Source: Octopus bimaculoides (lineage: Eukaryota). Taken from it: a stretch of DNA of 33,291 bases. The DNA is taken from NCBI RefSeq assembly GCF_001194135.2, contig NC_068984.1:110419858-110453148 (forward strand), in the 5' to 3' direction. The notes under the pieces are model-generated. The model made no database searches, was not told the origin of the DNA, and saw only the letters and a list, made by a program, of their open reading frames with translations. Both the position numbers and the translations under genes were made by a program. This document shows positions 1 through 12,612 of the stretch, piece by piece (within the stretch, counting starts at the first letter, position 1; each line of letters opens with the position of its first letter).

Positions 1-32
<32 letters not shown>

Positions 33-388
33 GCCTATCAAAGAAGGCTAGAAGTGGTTCATCATTGAGCGAATAGATATATATTAGAAAGAGAGAATGT
101 ACGTGTGTGTGTGTGTGTGTGCGTGCGTGTGTGAGTGTGTGTGTGAGTGTGTGCATGTGTGTGTGCATGTGTGTGTGTGTGTATGTGTGTGTGCATGTGT
201 GTGTGCATATCATATAATGATAGAGAATCCCAAACATACATTCACAATTCTAATTCCAACATTCAACATAACGGTTGCGTATCCATTGGTGACGTACTTA
301 ATAAACGTATAAAAGATGATAGTACTATACATCCAAGTAGCAAAATAACAAACAAAGGCATTTTTAATAAATCTTATCCAAAACTATA

Positions 389-563
389 GGCGTAGGAGTG
401 GCTGTGTGGTAAGTAGCTTGCTTTCCAACCACATGGTTCCGGGTTCAGTCCCACTGCGTGGCACCTTGGGCAAGTGTCTTCTACTATAGCCTCGGGCCAA
501 CCAAAGCCTTGTGAGTGGATTTGGTAGACGGAAACTGAAAGAAGCCCGTCGTATATATGTGTG

Positions 564-596
<33 letters not shown>

Positions 597-771
597 TTGT
601 GTGTCTGTGTTTGTCCCCCAATGTCGCTTGGCAACCGATGCTGGTGTGTTTATGTCCGTAACTTAGCGGTTCGGCTAAAGACACCGATAGAATAAGTATT
701 AGGCTTACAAAGAATAAGCCCTCGGGCCAATTTGCTCGAGTAAAGGCGGTGCTCCAGCATGGCCACAGTCA
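389..771 (+). mobile_element. tRNA-derived SINE, family A (CORE-like, internal TA/TG microsatellite), near full length
   Basis: Head GGCGTAGGAGTGGCTGTGTGGTAAG with A-box-like TGGCTGTGTGG and B-box-like GGTTCAGTCCC; CORE-like ACCTTGGGCAAGT; internal (TA)/(TG)n; 3' module ending GGTGCTCCAGCATGGCCACAGTC. The same sequence recurs at 12413, 15383, 26237 (minus) and 26843. Confidence 0.92.
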
Positions 772-839
772 GAGAGGGGGGTCTAAGCGTGACACACTGA
801 CACACAGTAATTAGTTTTCGCATTTATTATATTAGATAT

Positions 840-1132
840 ATGGCGAACTCTCCCGTAGAAGTCGACGCATGAATGTTCAGCTTTTTGCCGAACGATCTGC
901 ACAAATGATTTTTTCATAGTATACGTGCTGTACATTAGCTCACTCACTCCATCAAATCGACGTTACTTAAAGAGATGCAAGGTGTACTATGCGTCACATG
1001 GCGAAGTTATCACAGAGCAACGTGCGATGAAGTATTTTGGTAAAGAAAACAACGCACCACCTGGTCTAGGAATTGAAATCTCGATCTCGCGATCGTGAGT
1101 GCAGCGCCCTAACCACTAAGCCATGCGCTCCC
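840..1132 (-). mobile_element. tRNA-derived SINE, family C-like (diverged)
   Basis: The reverse complement begins GGGAGCGCATGGCTTAGTGGTTAGGGCGCTGCACTCACGATCG (A-box TGGCTTAGTGG), homologous to the head of the copy at 22713-23015. The 3' boundary is approximate and the 3' body differs from that copy. Confidence 0.7.
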
Positions 1133-1191
1133 ATATATGCGTGTGTGTGTGCGTGTATGTGTGTGTGTGTTCGTGCACGTTCAGATATATG

Positions 1192-2067
1192 CAGGATGTT
1201 CGGGCTAAATTTGATAGTCTGCATAGAAGCAAAATTAAGAATACTTCATCCAAAAATAAAAAATATGTTTCAAAAAAATATCAACTAGTTAATGGCTGGA
1301 TGATAACAGTGTACTCAAAATAGCTGTATTCAGCTTCCAGGAATACCTCAATGCGGTTCTACAACCTGGCGCATGCGTACATCGCTGTGTCTCAGGAAAG
1401 ATCGTTGAACACCTTCTTAATCTTGGCCACCAGCTTGGCCGTGATGTTGCAGACAGTGCGACAGGTGTCTTTCTTAATGGCGCCCCACAGAGTAATACAT
1501 GGAATTACAATCCGGGGAATTAGGAGGCCAAAAATTGGAGCTGCTGAAGTCGTAGAATTTCTTCGACAACCAAATCTGACTCTTTCTTTTGGTATAGCAA
1601 AGTACCGAATCCTGCTGCTACACATATGGCCTTCCACTCGTAACCATTTCCAGCCACGAATTGACCACAGACTCCAAGCAACTTCCTATAGCTCACTGAA
1701 TTGAGTCTAAGGACTTGTTCAAAGATGCGGGGCAGCAGGACGTCGGTCTCATCGAAGACATGCCCTACCACCATCATAGTTTGGGAGGAACTTGGTTTCC
1801 ATGTTGTCCATGTCATGTACAATCTTTACAGTATTCTCAGAACATTGAGCAACAGTCTTGATGTGGGCATTTTGATATCCGGCAGGAATCATCGTGATAC
1901 AAGTGACTTTTGCCGATGTTGCGATGGCTTCCAGTACTCAGTTTTAGCTAATCTTTTCTTTAACCTTTATGCTCTCCAACGCCATTGACTGCTTAACAAT
2001 ACATCAAGTTGTTTCTGAAAAAAGAAAGGAGACAGTAAAGTCATCAAATTTAGCCGGGAACACGCTG
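1192..2067 (-). mobile_element. Decayed, internally deleted Tc1/mariner DNA transposon (maT/DD37D, Bmmar1-like)
   Basis: TIRs: CAGGATGTTCGGGCTAAATTTGAT (1192-1215) versus the reverse complement of 2043-2067, CAGCGTGTTCCCGGCTAAATTTGAT; TA on the right and TG on the left. Minus-strand translation with stops and frameshifts gives GRPYV*QQDSVLCYTKRKSQIWLSKKFYDFSSSNFWPPNSPDCNSM, matching the maT-type GRPYVWQQD...WPPNSPDCNP motifs, plus an N-terminal fragment MIPAGYQNAHIKTVAQCSENTVKIVHDMD. Confidence 0.88.
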
Positions 2068-2174
2068 TATATATTAAAGTTTGATTTTGTGCTAATTGAT
2101 ATTAAAAACAATTTCACATTAAACTGAAAGATTATTCAATACTTTTTCGTAGAGTGTATAATAAAAATAGTACC

Positions 2175-2218
2175 GACAGTCCGATGATGGCTTAGCAGGC
2201 CGAAACGATGTCACTGTC
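2175..2218 (+). ncRNA. Minimal type I hammerhead ribozyme motif (U4->C core variant)
   Basis: Stem I GACAGT(2175-80)/ACTGTC(2213-18); core CCGATGA(2181-87) plus one extra T; stem II GGCTT/AGGCC-type (GGC 2189-91/GCC 2199-2201); GAAA(2202-05); stem III A-C-gat-G-T; cleavage triplet GTC (site 2212/2213). Confidence 0.72.
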
Positions 2219-2254
2219 AGTGTTGTTCCTGTTGAAGAATAATATAAAGCATAC

Positions 2255-2844
2255 GAACACACACACACACACACGTTCTCCCCCCCCTCTCTCTCACACA
2301 CATACGTATATACATGTATGTATACATGTACACACACATATATAAAAAAAGCTTGCAGGTTTTCAAAGCCATATATAAAGGCATTCACATATTTCTTACA
2401 ACAAAAGAGAATATCCATGGGTGTATATTCCTTCAAAATATTCTTTAAAATGTTCGAACACGCAGACACACACATATACATGTATATTCATACTCAAACA
2501 CTCACACACAAATATATATTTATGCATATTTATACACGTGCACACACACACACACATATTTATACATGTATATAGATATGTATATATATATGTATATGTA
2601 AATATATATGTATATATATATTTATATATACATTTGTAGATGTATATATATACATATATATACATATATACATACAATTACATATATATATATATTTGTA
2701 TGTGAGTGCGCAAATATACATATATTCACGCACATTTATACGTAGACGTCAACGCACGGACATGTATGTATGCTTAGAAATAATGTGTGAAAAATCTTGT
2801 GTATGTGTGTATAAATGTATATATATATATATATNNNNNNNNNN

Positions 2845-2876
<32 letters not shown>

Positions 2877-3210
2877 ACACACATGTTTGGTTACACGAAC
2901 ACGTACAACTTATATAAGCTGATTTATACATTCTTATACATATATTCATACATGCAATCATACATTTATTCATACATACATACATACACACATCATGTAT
3001 GTATATATAGCGCATGCATTCATTTGCTTATGCATACATACATGGAAACAGATATACATACATACATTCATACATACATTCATGTGTGCATACATCCATG
3101 CATACAGATATACAAACATACATACATATTTAGATGCACACATACAAACATGCATAAATGCGTACATATAATCATGCATACATACGTGCATACATACATA
3201 CATGCATACA
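2255..3210. repeat. Long degenerate (CA)/(TA)/(CATA)n microsatellite field
   Basis: Directly visible; contains the 10-N gap 2835-2844. Confidence 0.9.
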
Positions 3211-3513
3211 TTTTAATAGAGAGGAAGTCTGAATACTGAAGAGTGAAGTCATTTTCTTTTGGCAATCCACTTTAGCTTAAAGCTATCTATTCTTCAACCA
3301 TTGAAATAATGAAGAAGATTGCATAATGGTTGGGGAAACACTACAGCGGAGAATAACTAAAATGTTATTGATTTATTTCCAAAAATGTGTCTTCTAGTAT
3401 TACAAAGCTCCATTTTATGAATTCAACTCTATAACAACAATGACAAACAGTTGCAATATTAATAATAACAATAATAGCAGAGAAACGTTAAAAACAGTAT
3501 TAGTAATAGGAAT

Positions 3514-3516
<3 letters not shown>

Positions 3517-3597
<81 letters not shown>
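3517..3597. repeat. (AAT)n microsatellite
   Basis: Direct reading. Confidence 0.95.
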
Positions 3598-3747
3598 GAC
3601 AACAACAATAATATTAATAACTCGTAGTAAAAAAATATTGCCTCTTGTGAAATTTTTTCCGAGTGTTAGATCCGGTGGTTAAAAGGTAATGTCGAATCCT
3701 AATGGCTAAAACATTAGTCTTCACTGTTTCCTTGATGTAGTTTTCTT

Positions 3748-3754
3748 GTTATTA

Positions 3755-3818
<64 letters not shown>

Positions 3819-3835
3819 CATCATCATCATCATCA

Positions 3836-3903
<68 letters not shown>

Positions 3904-3904
3904 G
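3748..3904. repeat. Compound (TTA)n-(TCA)n-(TTA)n-(TTG)n microsatellite
   Basis: Direct reading. Confidence 0.95.
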
Positions 3905-6616
3905 ACGTTTTTTGTTGTTGATGTTATTACTGTTCTTATTGTTGTTGCTGTCGTCGTCGTAATTGCCGTCGTTGTCGCTTGCCATTAACACATGCGTTTA
4001 CAAAGCTCCATCTTGAAGGCGATTTTTCCCGGATTACCAAATAACAAAAACAGTGGTTTTAATTTGTTTTATCAACAAAAGGCTTTCGGAAAATCAGACG
4101 TCCATTCCACCCTACGTCCTGGGTTGGAAAAGGTGTTTGTATAAACATCGTCTTTAAATGTCTTTATATAATGGCAGGATGACCATTTGCTTTGTCTACT
4201 CCAATTTCAAAATGGCCAGTTCTGCTAACATCTAACCAAGGTTGTAGATGTTAGCTATAATGGTATCAAGAATATTGATATCAAATTTTACTCCAGAATA
4301 TTTGTAATACAAAGAGAGACCTAAGAACAGGACATAAAATATAACAGATACTGTTTTAAATATTTAGAGTAAAAATAAAAACAAGTGTTGGAAACATCAA
4401 CTTAATAATAATGAGAGCAACGTCAATAAGAACATCACTTCTTTTGCCAAATTGCATTTCGAAGAGGAGGGTGTCTTAGCCGATGTTTGATAGAATATCT
4501 ATACTGAGCAAAAGCAGAGTGTATAGGTGTGCATGTGTATTATATAAAACTGAGGATGAGGCAAGAAAGTATGAAGGATTTGCGCATAGGATGATACAAG
4601 GGACTTGTAGAACATCAAGTTGATTATAAAGCGAATATCTTCACGGGTAAATTCGAAGGACTTAGATTATAGTTACATGAGAAGGTGATCGGAGTTGCTG
4701 AGTGCTCTGGTAATACCTAAGTAGTAGCTTCTTATTCCTAAGGGGTTAGTTTGTTTTTGTTGAAAGACAATCCACACCATATCTTTCGTGTTTCATTCTG
4801 GGTTACTTAGACACAACGCTATTTTTTTTCAGAGCTCAAAAAGTTTTGTTTTTAACATTTTTCTATTAGACGACCATTTGAATATCATTTCGCTTTGTAA
4901 ATTTCCTACAATGTGTGTTATGCAGGTGAAAAGGTAATTTATATGCATCCAACAATTCTTAAACATGGAAACATTAAAAAATACAAAATAAAACAAAAAT
5001 TAAATACTTCCATGTAGAAATGCTTCCAATAACAATATAGAAAGATCCCATAAAGTGAGTAGTGATAATTCTTTTAATTTAATGAAAAAAATCTTATCGA
5101 TAATAAGTGGAGTAATTATATCAGTAATAACTATAATCTACTAGCATTGCGAGTCAAAGGGAGGCATTGGACATAAGCCAATCTGAAGAAAGAAAATATA
5201 AAAGCTATTGTGAAAAAACATTTTGCTTTCTGGGCGAGGATCACCCTCGAAAATGCAAGAAGAAAGTGACGTTCCTTTATTTTGCTAACAATGAGGGAAT
5301 TTTTATAGGTTCTTGAAAGAGGATGAGAGTAGTAGCCGATGTATTGCGTGATGTATACTCCCTCAACTGGAACAGATAATATGGGTGCTAGTGCATTAGT
5401 AATAGATCATTAAGTTGTTAATTTTGTCGCACAGGACGGGCATCTAGTGAGCGCTGATGTATAAGAAACAAATTGTGGTCGAGTAAGATTTTTTGTCTGA
5501 ACATGCAAATAAGAATGAGCTCTGAAGATTACATACTTATCCTAGAACTGTAATCCATCGTGATTGCAGAACAAAACCAGTTAGATTGGTTATGAAGTTG
5601 TAGTACGTGTAACCATAGTTGCTACTAAAAGGCTTTCTTCCAAGAGAAACTGGAAAAAACAGATAACGAGCAGCAGTGGATGCAGTGACAATACCAGCAG
5701 GTCTAAGGAGTTACTGCTTCTAAGGTAACATCGTCGAAGTTCTGAAGATAGCCTAAAATCCCATCTGATATTAGATGAGAACTAGAAAATAGAGGGGCGA
5801 TCTCTCAGTGGTACCACTATATACATTATCTTGTAATGCAGGGTAACAAATGAAGGCTGGCAACAGCGAAAACTGTCCAGGGAGGCAAAAAAGAAATGAG
5901 AATACTTACAAACAAACGGAATGCAAGACCACAATGAAGAGGAGGATGCATTATTCCAGGATGAAATGACGGTAAACGGTCACTCAAAGTTAGAACGAGT
6001 GAATGACAGGAATAACATACAATATACGAAAAGACGATGTGAACAATGTGGTGACCAAGGAAAAGGGGAAGAGAACTAGAGTTTAAAATTTGATAACGTG
6101 GGATGCTCCAGCCTAACTAAGGTGACAGCTTCCCTTCTGAATGTGAGTGGCAGACATTTTCATTTTTCTGCTATTTGTTTCTACTTACGTTTGATTTAAC
6201 TATATCATCATCATCATCATCATCATCATCGTCGTCGTCGTTGTCATTTATCATCTACGTTTCCATGCTTATATGGATTATATGGAATTTACTTAGGCTG
6301 GTTTTCTACAGCCGTTGCAAAATTTCGCTTGGTTCTAAGCAAGGTAATATTTCTCCTTGGGTAGGCATGTTTTTGAAGCAAGAATGGAAACGATCAACCC
6401 CGTTTGTTTCACGATTAACTCATTTACAACCATCACATTATGTCTTGTCAAGGGTACACACAAACGCTTACACACACATATAAACATCATGCATACATAT
6501 ACACGCCCCATTCACACAAAATTTCTGGCCTTGTGCCTATAGTAGAGAAGATTATTATTATTGTACTGTTATTATTATTGTGCGAGAAAGCATTGCATGT
6601 CATGAAAGTGACACTG

Positions 6617-6637
6617 GGGTGGTGGTGGTGGTGGTAA

Positions 6638-6691
<54 letters not shown>

Positions 6692-6700
6692 CAGTAGTAG
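6617..6700. repeat. (GGT)n-(TAG)n microsatellite
   Basis: Direct reading. Confidence 0.93.
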
Positions 6701-7046
6701 TATCACTGCTAGCTACTACAACTACTCCTACTATGCCATTATCACTAGTAAAAGTGCTGTAAAGAATAACAGTCGGAATAAAAACGACAGTAATAATATA
6801 TAATGAGAAGGAAGAAGAATAGGAAGAAGAATAACTGAAGGAAGAAAGGGTGGCGTTGAGAGGGTGAGAAAAGGAGGAAGGGAGATGTAAATATAAATAG
6901 CAGAAGGGATAACTGAAGGCAGGAGACCAGCGTGAAAAGAATAGAAAACAAACATCAGGGGAAAGGGAAATAAAGAAAGATAGAAAGAAAAAATGGAGAA
7001 ACACACAAAGGTGGAGAAAGTGAGTAATGAACAAAAGGAAGAAGGA

Positions 7047-7143
7047 GAAGAAGAAGAAGAAGAAGAAGAAGAAGAAGAAGAAGAAGAAGAAGAAGAAGAA
7101 GAAGAAGAAGAAGAAGAAGAAGAAGAAGAAGAAGAAGAAGAAG
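7047..7143. repeat. (GAA)n microsatellite
   Basis: Uninterrupted GAA run of about 32 units. Confidence 0.95.
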
Positions 7144-7466
7144 ATGGAGCCTCTACAATGATGATACTTCATCCCTGAGAAGACCTCTCACCTATCTATC
7201 CATAACAGCTGAAATAAAATTTTAAAGAGGCAGGTGTTGAATTTTATATGAGCCTCTTCGCTTTTACTGGTTTCGGAAAAGGTGGAGAGAAAAACTAAAA
7301 CACACTTTCAAAAAGTTAAATAAATGTTTTAAATAATTATCATTTTATCTTTAAAATATATATTTTTTTTTTCATTTTCTATTCTTATATTTTGTTAGTT
7401 TTTTTTTTCTTCTACAAAATATTGGTGTAGCATGAAGTATCACTTAAACAGAAACAAGCAACAGAT

Positions 7467-7611
7467 ACTACTACTACTACTACAACTAGTAGTACTACTA
7501 CTACCACTACTACCACCACCACCACCACTACCATCACCACCATCACCATTGCTACTATTACTGCCACTGCTACTGCAGCTGCCGCCGCCGCCGCCGCTAA
7601 CACCACTACTT

Positions 7612-7643
<32 letters not shown>

Positions 7644-7705
7644 GCTGCTGCTGCTACTACTACTACTACTACAACTACTACTACTACTACTACTACTACA
7701 ACCAC
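7467..7705. repeat. Compound (CTA)/(CCA)/(CTG)/(CCG)n trinucleotide repeat
   Basis: Direct reading. Confidence 0.93.
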
Positions 7706-8029
7706 CTATGTTCTATTGTTAATTTTATTTGAGTAGTTTTCATTCTATTGCATGCATTCCTTGCACTACCGAGTGCATAGCACTTCGAAGTGTTTAAGTG
7801 CAATGCACTGTTTGGTTCTCCTTTACGTTCTGTTTTGTATTTTAGCCAGGCGGGAGGTCAGCGCTCGTGACCAGTCTTCCAGACTAGTGGGTGGGAAGAG
7901 AAAACTCTTCTCGAACTAGATACCTGCCGTGGATAGTTTCAACAGAGTGAACTCCGATAAAGCCATGCAACGTGATAGATGGCGGTGCTAAACCTAGCTG
8001 CAGATTAAGCCTAGCATCCAAGTAAGCCA

Positions 8030-8115
8030 TAGTTAGATTTGAACTCGAACCTAAAGAGTCGGACGAAATACTGCAAGGCATTCCTTCTGACGTTTCTACA
8101 GTTTCTTCAACCCAA
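8030..8115 (-). mobile_element. Degenerate head fragment of SINE family B
   Basis: GATTTGAACTCGAACCTAAAGAGTCGGACGAAATACTGCAAGGCATT resembles the reverse complement of the family B head (…GAACTCAGAACGTAAAGACGGACGAAATACCGCTAAGCATT). Confidence 0.6.
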
Positions 8116-8480
8116 CTTAATTGGATCAGTACTATTTTTATCGACCATGCAATTCCTTTTGTCACAGCTTCTACGAATCGGCTGCTGATTCCCACAAATT
8201 TCTCTAAATTGAACACTTTGATTTTCCTCCTTCTATTTGAAAAAGGGAACGTTTTCCCGAAATATTATAGAATCATTAAACAACCTAAGTAAAGTAATCC
8301 TATATCTTATATCTTTGTTTTCATTCATAGACACCATCCGACATATTTTATTTAATTCTTCGCTTGGATCACTGAAATGCTTTTACAAACATTTACCCCT
8401 TATAGATACGCATATATAGCTAATATACTTCTATATAACTATACACGCTTATACAAACATATAGATATGCATATGTATAA

Positions 8481-8522
<42 letters not shown>

Positions 8523-9424
8523 NNNNNNNNNNNNNNNNNNNNNNNNNNNNNNNNNNNNNNNNNNNNNNNNNNNNNNNNNNNNNNNNNNNNNNNNNNNNNN
8601 NNNNNNNNNNNNNNNNNNNNNNNNNNNNNNNNNNNNNNNNNNNNNNNNNNNNNNNNNNNNNNNNNNNNNNNNNNNNNNNNNNNNNNNNNNNNNNNNNNNN
8701 NNNNNNNNNNNNNNNNNNNNNNNNNNNNNNNNNNNNNNNNNNNNNNNNNNNNNNNNNNNNNNNNNNNNNNNNNNNNNNNNNNNNNNNNNNNNNNNNNNNN
8801 NNNNNNNNNNNNATATATATTAGAAAATATACAAAATATACTTATATATACCTATGCACAGACATACACGCGCACACACAAACACATATACGCGCGCACA
8901 CAAACACATACACACACACACATACACACACATACACACACACACACACATAAAGTGTGGGTAGTGTTGAAAATGATTAGAAGAAATTTACTTTGAAATG
9001 TAAGACTGTTTTGTTTGTAGACAGATGACTGCTAGATGAAGGATTTCTTTTGCGTTCTATAAGGGAATGCATAGCGAATGTCACAGAGTTAATACGGAAG
9101 TGACACCCTATACATACATCTCTTTTATCTTTCTTAAAGTTCTAGGTGGCATGAATACTTGAAGAATTTATTATATTTATTTTGTTTTTACCCATTTAAA
9201 TTCTCCTCCAACTTTACTGTTTGTGTTTCCTACACACACGCACGCACTCACAGACACACACATACATATATGTACATATATATGTATATATATATACCTA
9301 TCTGTCTATATATAGAGAGATATGCATGTATGTATGTATGTATTTATGTAGGTGTCTATGTATGTGTATTTACATGCTTTATGTATGTGGGTCGTGCTGC
9401 GATATGGAGATGGGAATGACGGCG

Positions 9425-10124
9425 NNNNNNNNNNNNNNNNNNNNNNNNNNNNNNNNNNNNNNNNNNNNNNNNNNNNNNNNNNNNNNNNNNNNNNNNNNNN
9501 NNNNNNNNNNNNNNNNNNNNNNNNNNNNNNNNNNNNNNNNNNNNNNNNNNNNNNNNNNNNNNNNNNNNNNNNNNNNNNNNNNNNNNNNNNNNNNNNNNNN
9601 NNNNNNNNNNNNNNNNNNNNNNNNNNNNNNNNNNNNNNNNNNNNNNNNNNNNNNNNNNNNNNNNNNNNNNNNNNNNNNNNNNNNNNNNNNNNNNNNNNNN
9701 NNNNNNNNNNNNNNNNNNNNNNNNNNNNNNNNNNNNNNNNNNNNNNNNNNNNNNNNNNNNNNNNNNNNNNNNNNNNNNNNNNNNNNNNNNNNNNNNNNNN
9801 NNNNNNNNNNNNNNNNNNNNNNNNNNNNNNNNNNNNNNNNNNNNNNNNNNNNNNNNNNNNNNNNNNNNNNNNNNNNNNNNNNNNNNNNNNNNNNNNNNNN
9901 NNNNNNNNNNNNNNNNNNNNNNNNNNNNNNNNNNNNNNNNNNNNNNNNNNNNNNNNNNNNNNNNNNNNNNNNNNNNNNNNNNNNNNNNNNNNNNNNNNNN
10001 NNNNNNNNNNNNNNNNNNNNNNNNNNNNNNNNNNNNNNNNNNNNNNNNNNNNNNNNNNNNNNNNNNNNNNNNNNNNNNNNNNNNNNNNNNNNNNNNNNNN
10101 NNNNNNNNNNNNNNNNNNNNNNNN
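9425..10124. other. Assembly gap (largest of 11; others 2835-2844, 8523-8812, 11219-11335, 12613-12832, 13906-14533, 17785-17846, 19099-19574, 22303-22312, 27602-27611, 29646-29740)
   Basis: Runs of N, mostly flanked by (TA)n microsatellites. Confidence 0.99.
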
Positions 10125-10253
10125 ATGCGGATGCGTACATACATAGTTACATTTATACATACGTTTGCATGTATGTATGTAACTATGTATGTACGTATAT
10201 ATATATATATATATGTGTATATATATATATATGTATATATATGTATATATGTA

Positions 10254-10286
<33 letters not shown>

Positions 10287-10789
10287 ATTTATGTAGGTGT
10301 CTATGTATGTGTATTTACATGCTTTATGTATGTGGGTCGTGCTGCGATATGGAGATGGGAATGACGGCGGAGAGAATGGATACACAATAAGTCTTTGATA
10401 CAGTCTCTATGGCCAGCTGCATCTCATAAAATATGAGAAATACTGTAATTGTCAAGAGGAAGAGGAGAGAAAAGTAAAAAAAAAAAAACGAATTAAAAAA
10501 AAATAAATAAATAAATAAAAGAAGCAAACCCTGAAAAATGGAGAGAACGAGAGAGAGTGAGAAATGGAGAGAGAGATTTGCATGCAGAAAAGACCTATTA
10601 CTCAATATATACCCAAAGTGTTAGAGACATTGCTTTACTAGCTCTAATAAATTTAATCTTTGAAGCACTTATACCATGGTCAAATGCTTGCAGTAATCTA
10701 ATGGCCGCCATTACTGACAACAGACTGCCTTTAAAAGTACTGATACCACTATTTGACACTGGAGCAGTCTCTTTAACCATCGTTACCAT

Positions 10790-10812
10790 CACTACTACCG
10801 CCACCACCTCGG

Positions 10813-10869
<57 letters not shown>

Positions 10870-10872
10870 TCA
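10790..10872. repeat. (ACT)n-rich microsatellite
   Basis: Direct reading. Confidence 0.92.
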
Positions 10873-11335
10873 CCACAGTTATTGTAGTAGGCATGTAGAA
10901 GCAGGGCTGGGTGTGGGGGAAGAAGCGAGACAAATGAGATTCCAGTGGAAAAGCAATTGTATTTTCAGATAACTTCACCAAGTTGTGGAAAGAACAAATG
11001 AATGAATAAAAAAAAAGAAGGAAAGCGAGAGAAAGAGAGAGCGGCCCAGAAGGAGAGCCTATAGATACCTTCATACATACATACACACATACATATACAC
11101 ACACATAGACACATACATACATACATGCATGCATACATACATGCACACATACATATATAGGTTCTCTCTCTGGTTCATCATTTGTATATATATACATATA
11201 TACACACATATACATATANNNNNNNNNNNNNNNNNNNNNNNNNNNNNNNNNNNNNNNNNNNNNNNNNNNNNNNNNNNNNNNNNNNNNNNNNNNNNNNNNN
11301 NNNNNNNNNNNNNNNNNNNNNNNNNNNNNNNNNNN

Positions 11336-11376
<41 letters not shown>

Positions 11377-12412
11377 CTTAGAATATTAGAGGAATTCTCC
11401 AGAGGTCTAAAGTTTCGTACGAAACCTTTTTCAAACTGCATGAATTTATGCATACATTACATCCATATCATTTATGTGTATGTGTATATATATGTGTATC
11501 TCTGTATGTGCATATGTTTATATACGTGTGTATGTGCATCATATTGGTCAGCGTATAAGACGCACTCGCGGATAAAACGCGCTCCAAGTTGATGTTGAAA
11601 AATATCAGCTCAGTGTATTTCTTCATAAGTATATAAAATATCCAACTGAAAGTTATCTAAATTGGTTTTGTAGGCGAAAATGCATAATTCTGTGCATTAG
11701 ACTAAAGTACGAAACTGTAAATTTGTCACATACGTGTATAAAGAATGTTATACGAGTAGCGTACTTCAGTTTTACCCTTTTTCAGATCACCTGCAATGTT
11801 TACATATAGGTCAAGAGAATAACCACACAGGATGTAAGGCTCATATTTTGCGTATAATGTTTTGTGTTTCTACGATCGTCCCCCAGTGTGGCACACCACT
11901 ACAGTCTTGTTTTTTGTCAAGCAATCATTGCAATAGCTATCAAACGGGCGAAATATTAACATTTCTTCCAAAAATGTTTCTTAAATGTAACAGAGTCATT
12001 AAATTATGTAAACCACATATCAGGTTTGGGTTATGTATTCTAGGGAAAGAAGTATAACGAGATGGTGTGACCTGTTATACTGTTAACATACTGTAAGCAA
12101 ATTTTTGTCATTACGGGACGCCATCCACTGACGAGCCCAAGCAGTGGGAAATCGCGTGATCTGACAGTTTCGGCGGCCGTAACAGACGGATCTCGTTTGT
12201 CAAAACGCTTTTATGCACGACGAGTCAGTATGAAAGGTTCTCGAAAGATAAATAACAGTATTTTGTGTTCTAACACATCATCCACGATGAGTTGGAAATA
12301 TAAAAAAAAATTGTCTTTTGGTATTAATACTAATTCTGTTGCTATCAATTATTTTTTTTAATAAGCCCACTGTCTATATGCGTTATCAGTGCCTCCTTAG
12401 GCACTGAAATTA

Positions 12413-12569
12413 TGGCTGTATGGTATAAAACTTGCTTCCTAACCACATGGTTACGGGTTAAGTCCCACTGCGTGGCATCTTAGGCAAGTGTCTTCTACTA
12501 TAGCCTCGGGCCGACCAAAGCCTTGTGAGTGGATTTGGTAGACGGATACTGAAAGAAGCCTGTCGTATA

Positions 12570-12612
<43 letters not shown>

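Noticed and set aside
389-460. tRNA-like sequences at SINE 5' ends as possible tRNA genes
   Set aside because: They have A/B-box-like motifs but continue into SINE bodies, and no complete cloverleaf was evident; these are SINE heads.
374-684. Recurrent ORFs ending …GFFQFPSTKSTHKALVGPRL or containing GFGRPEAIVEDTCPRCHAVGLNPEP (also near 12.5, 15.4 and 26.8 kb)
   Set aside because: These are antisense translations of SINE family A; the recurrence reflects repeat copies, not a gene family.
4224-4255. 11-bp hairpin GCTAACATCTA/TAGATGTTAGC
   Set aside because: Short and isolated, with no Helitron CTRR end or other context; plausible by chance.
11530-11600. CGTATAAGACGCAC motif resembling a Tigger/pogo-type terminal sequence
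   Set aside because: No matching second TIR or transposase remnant was found in the window.
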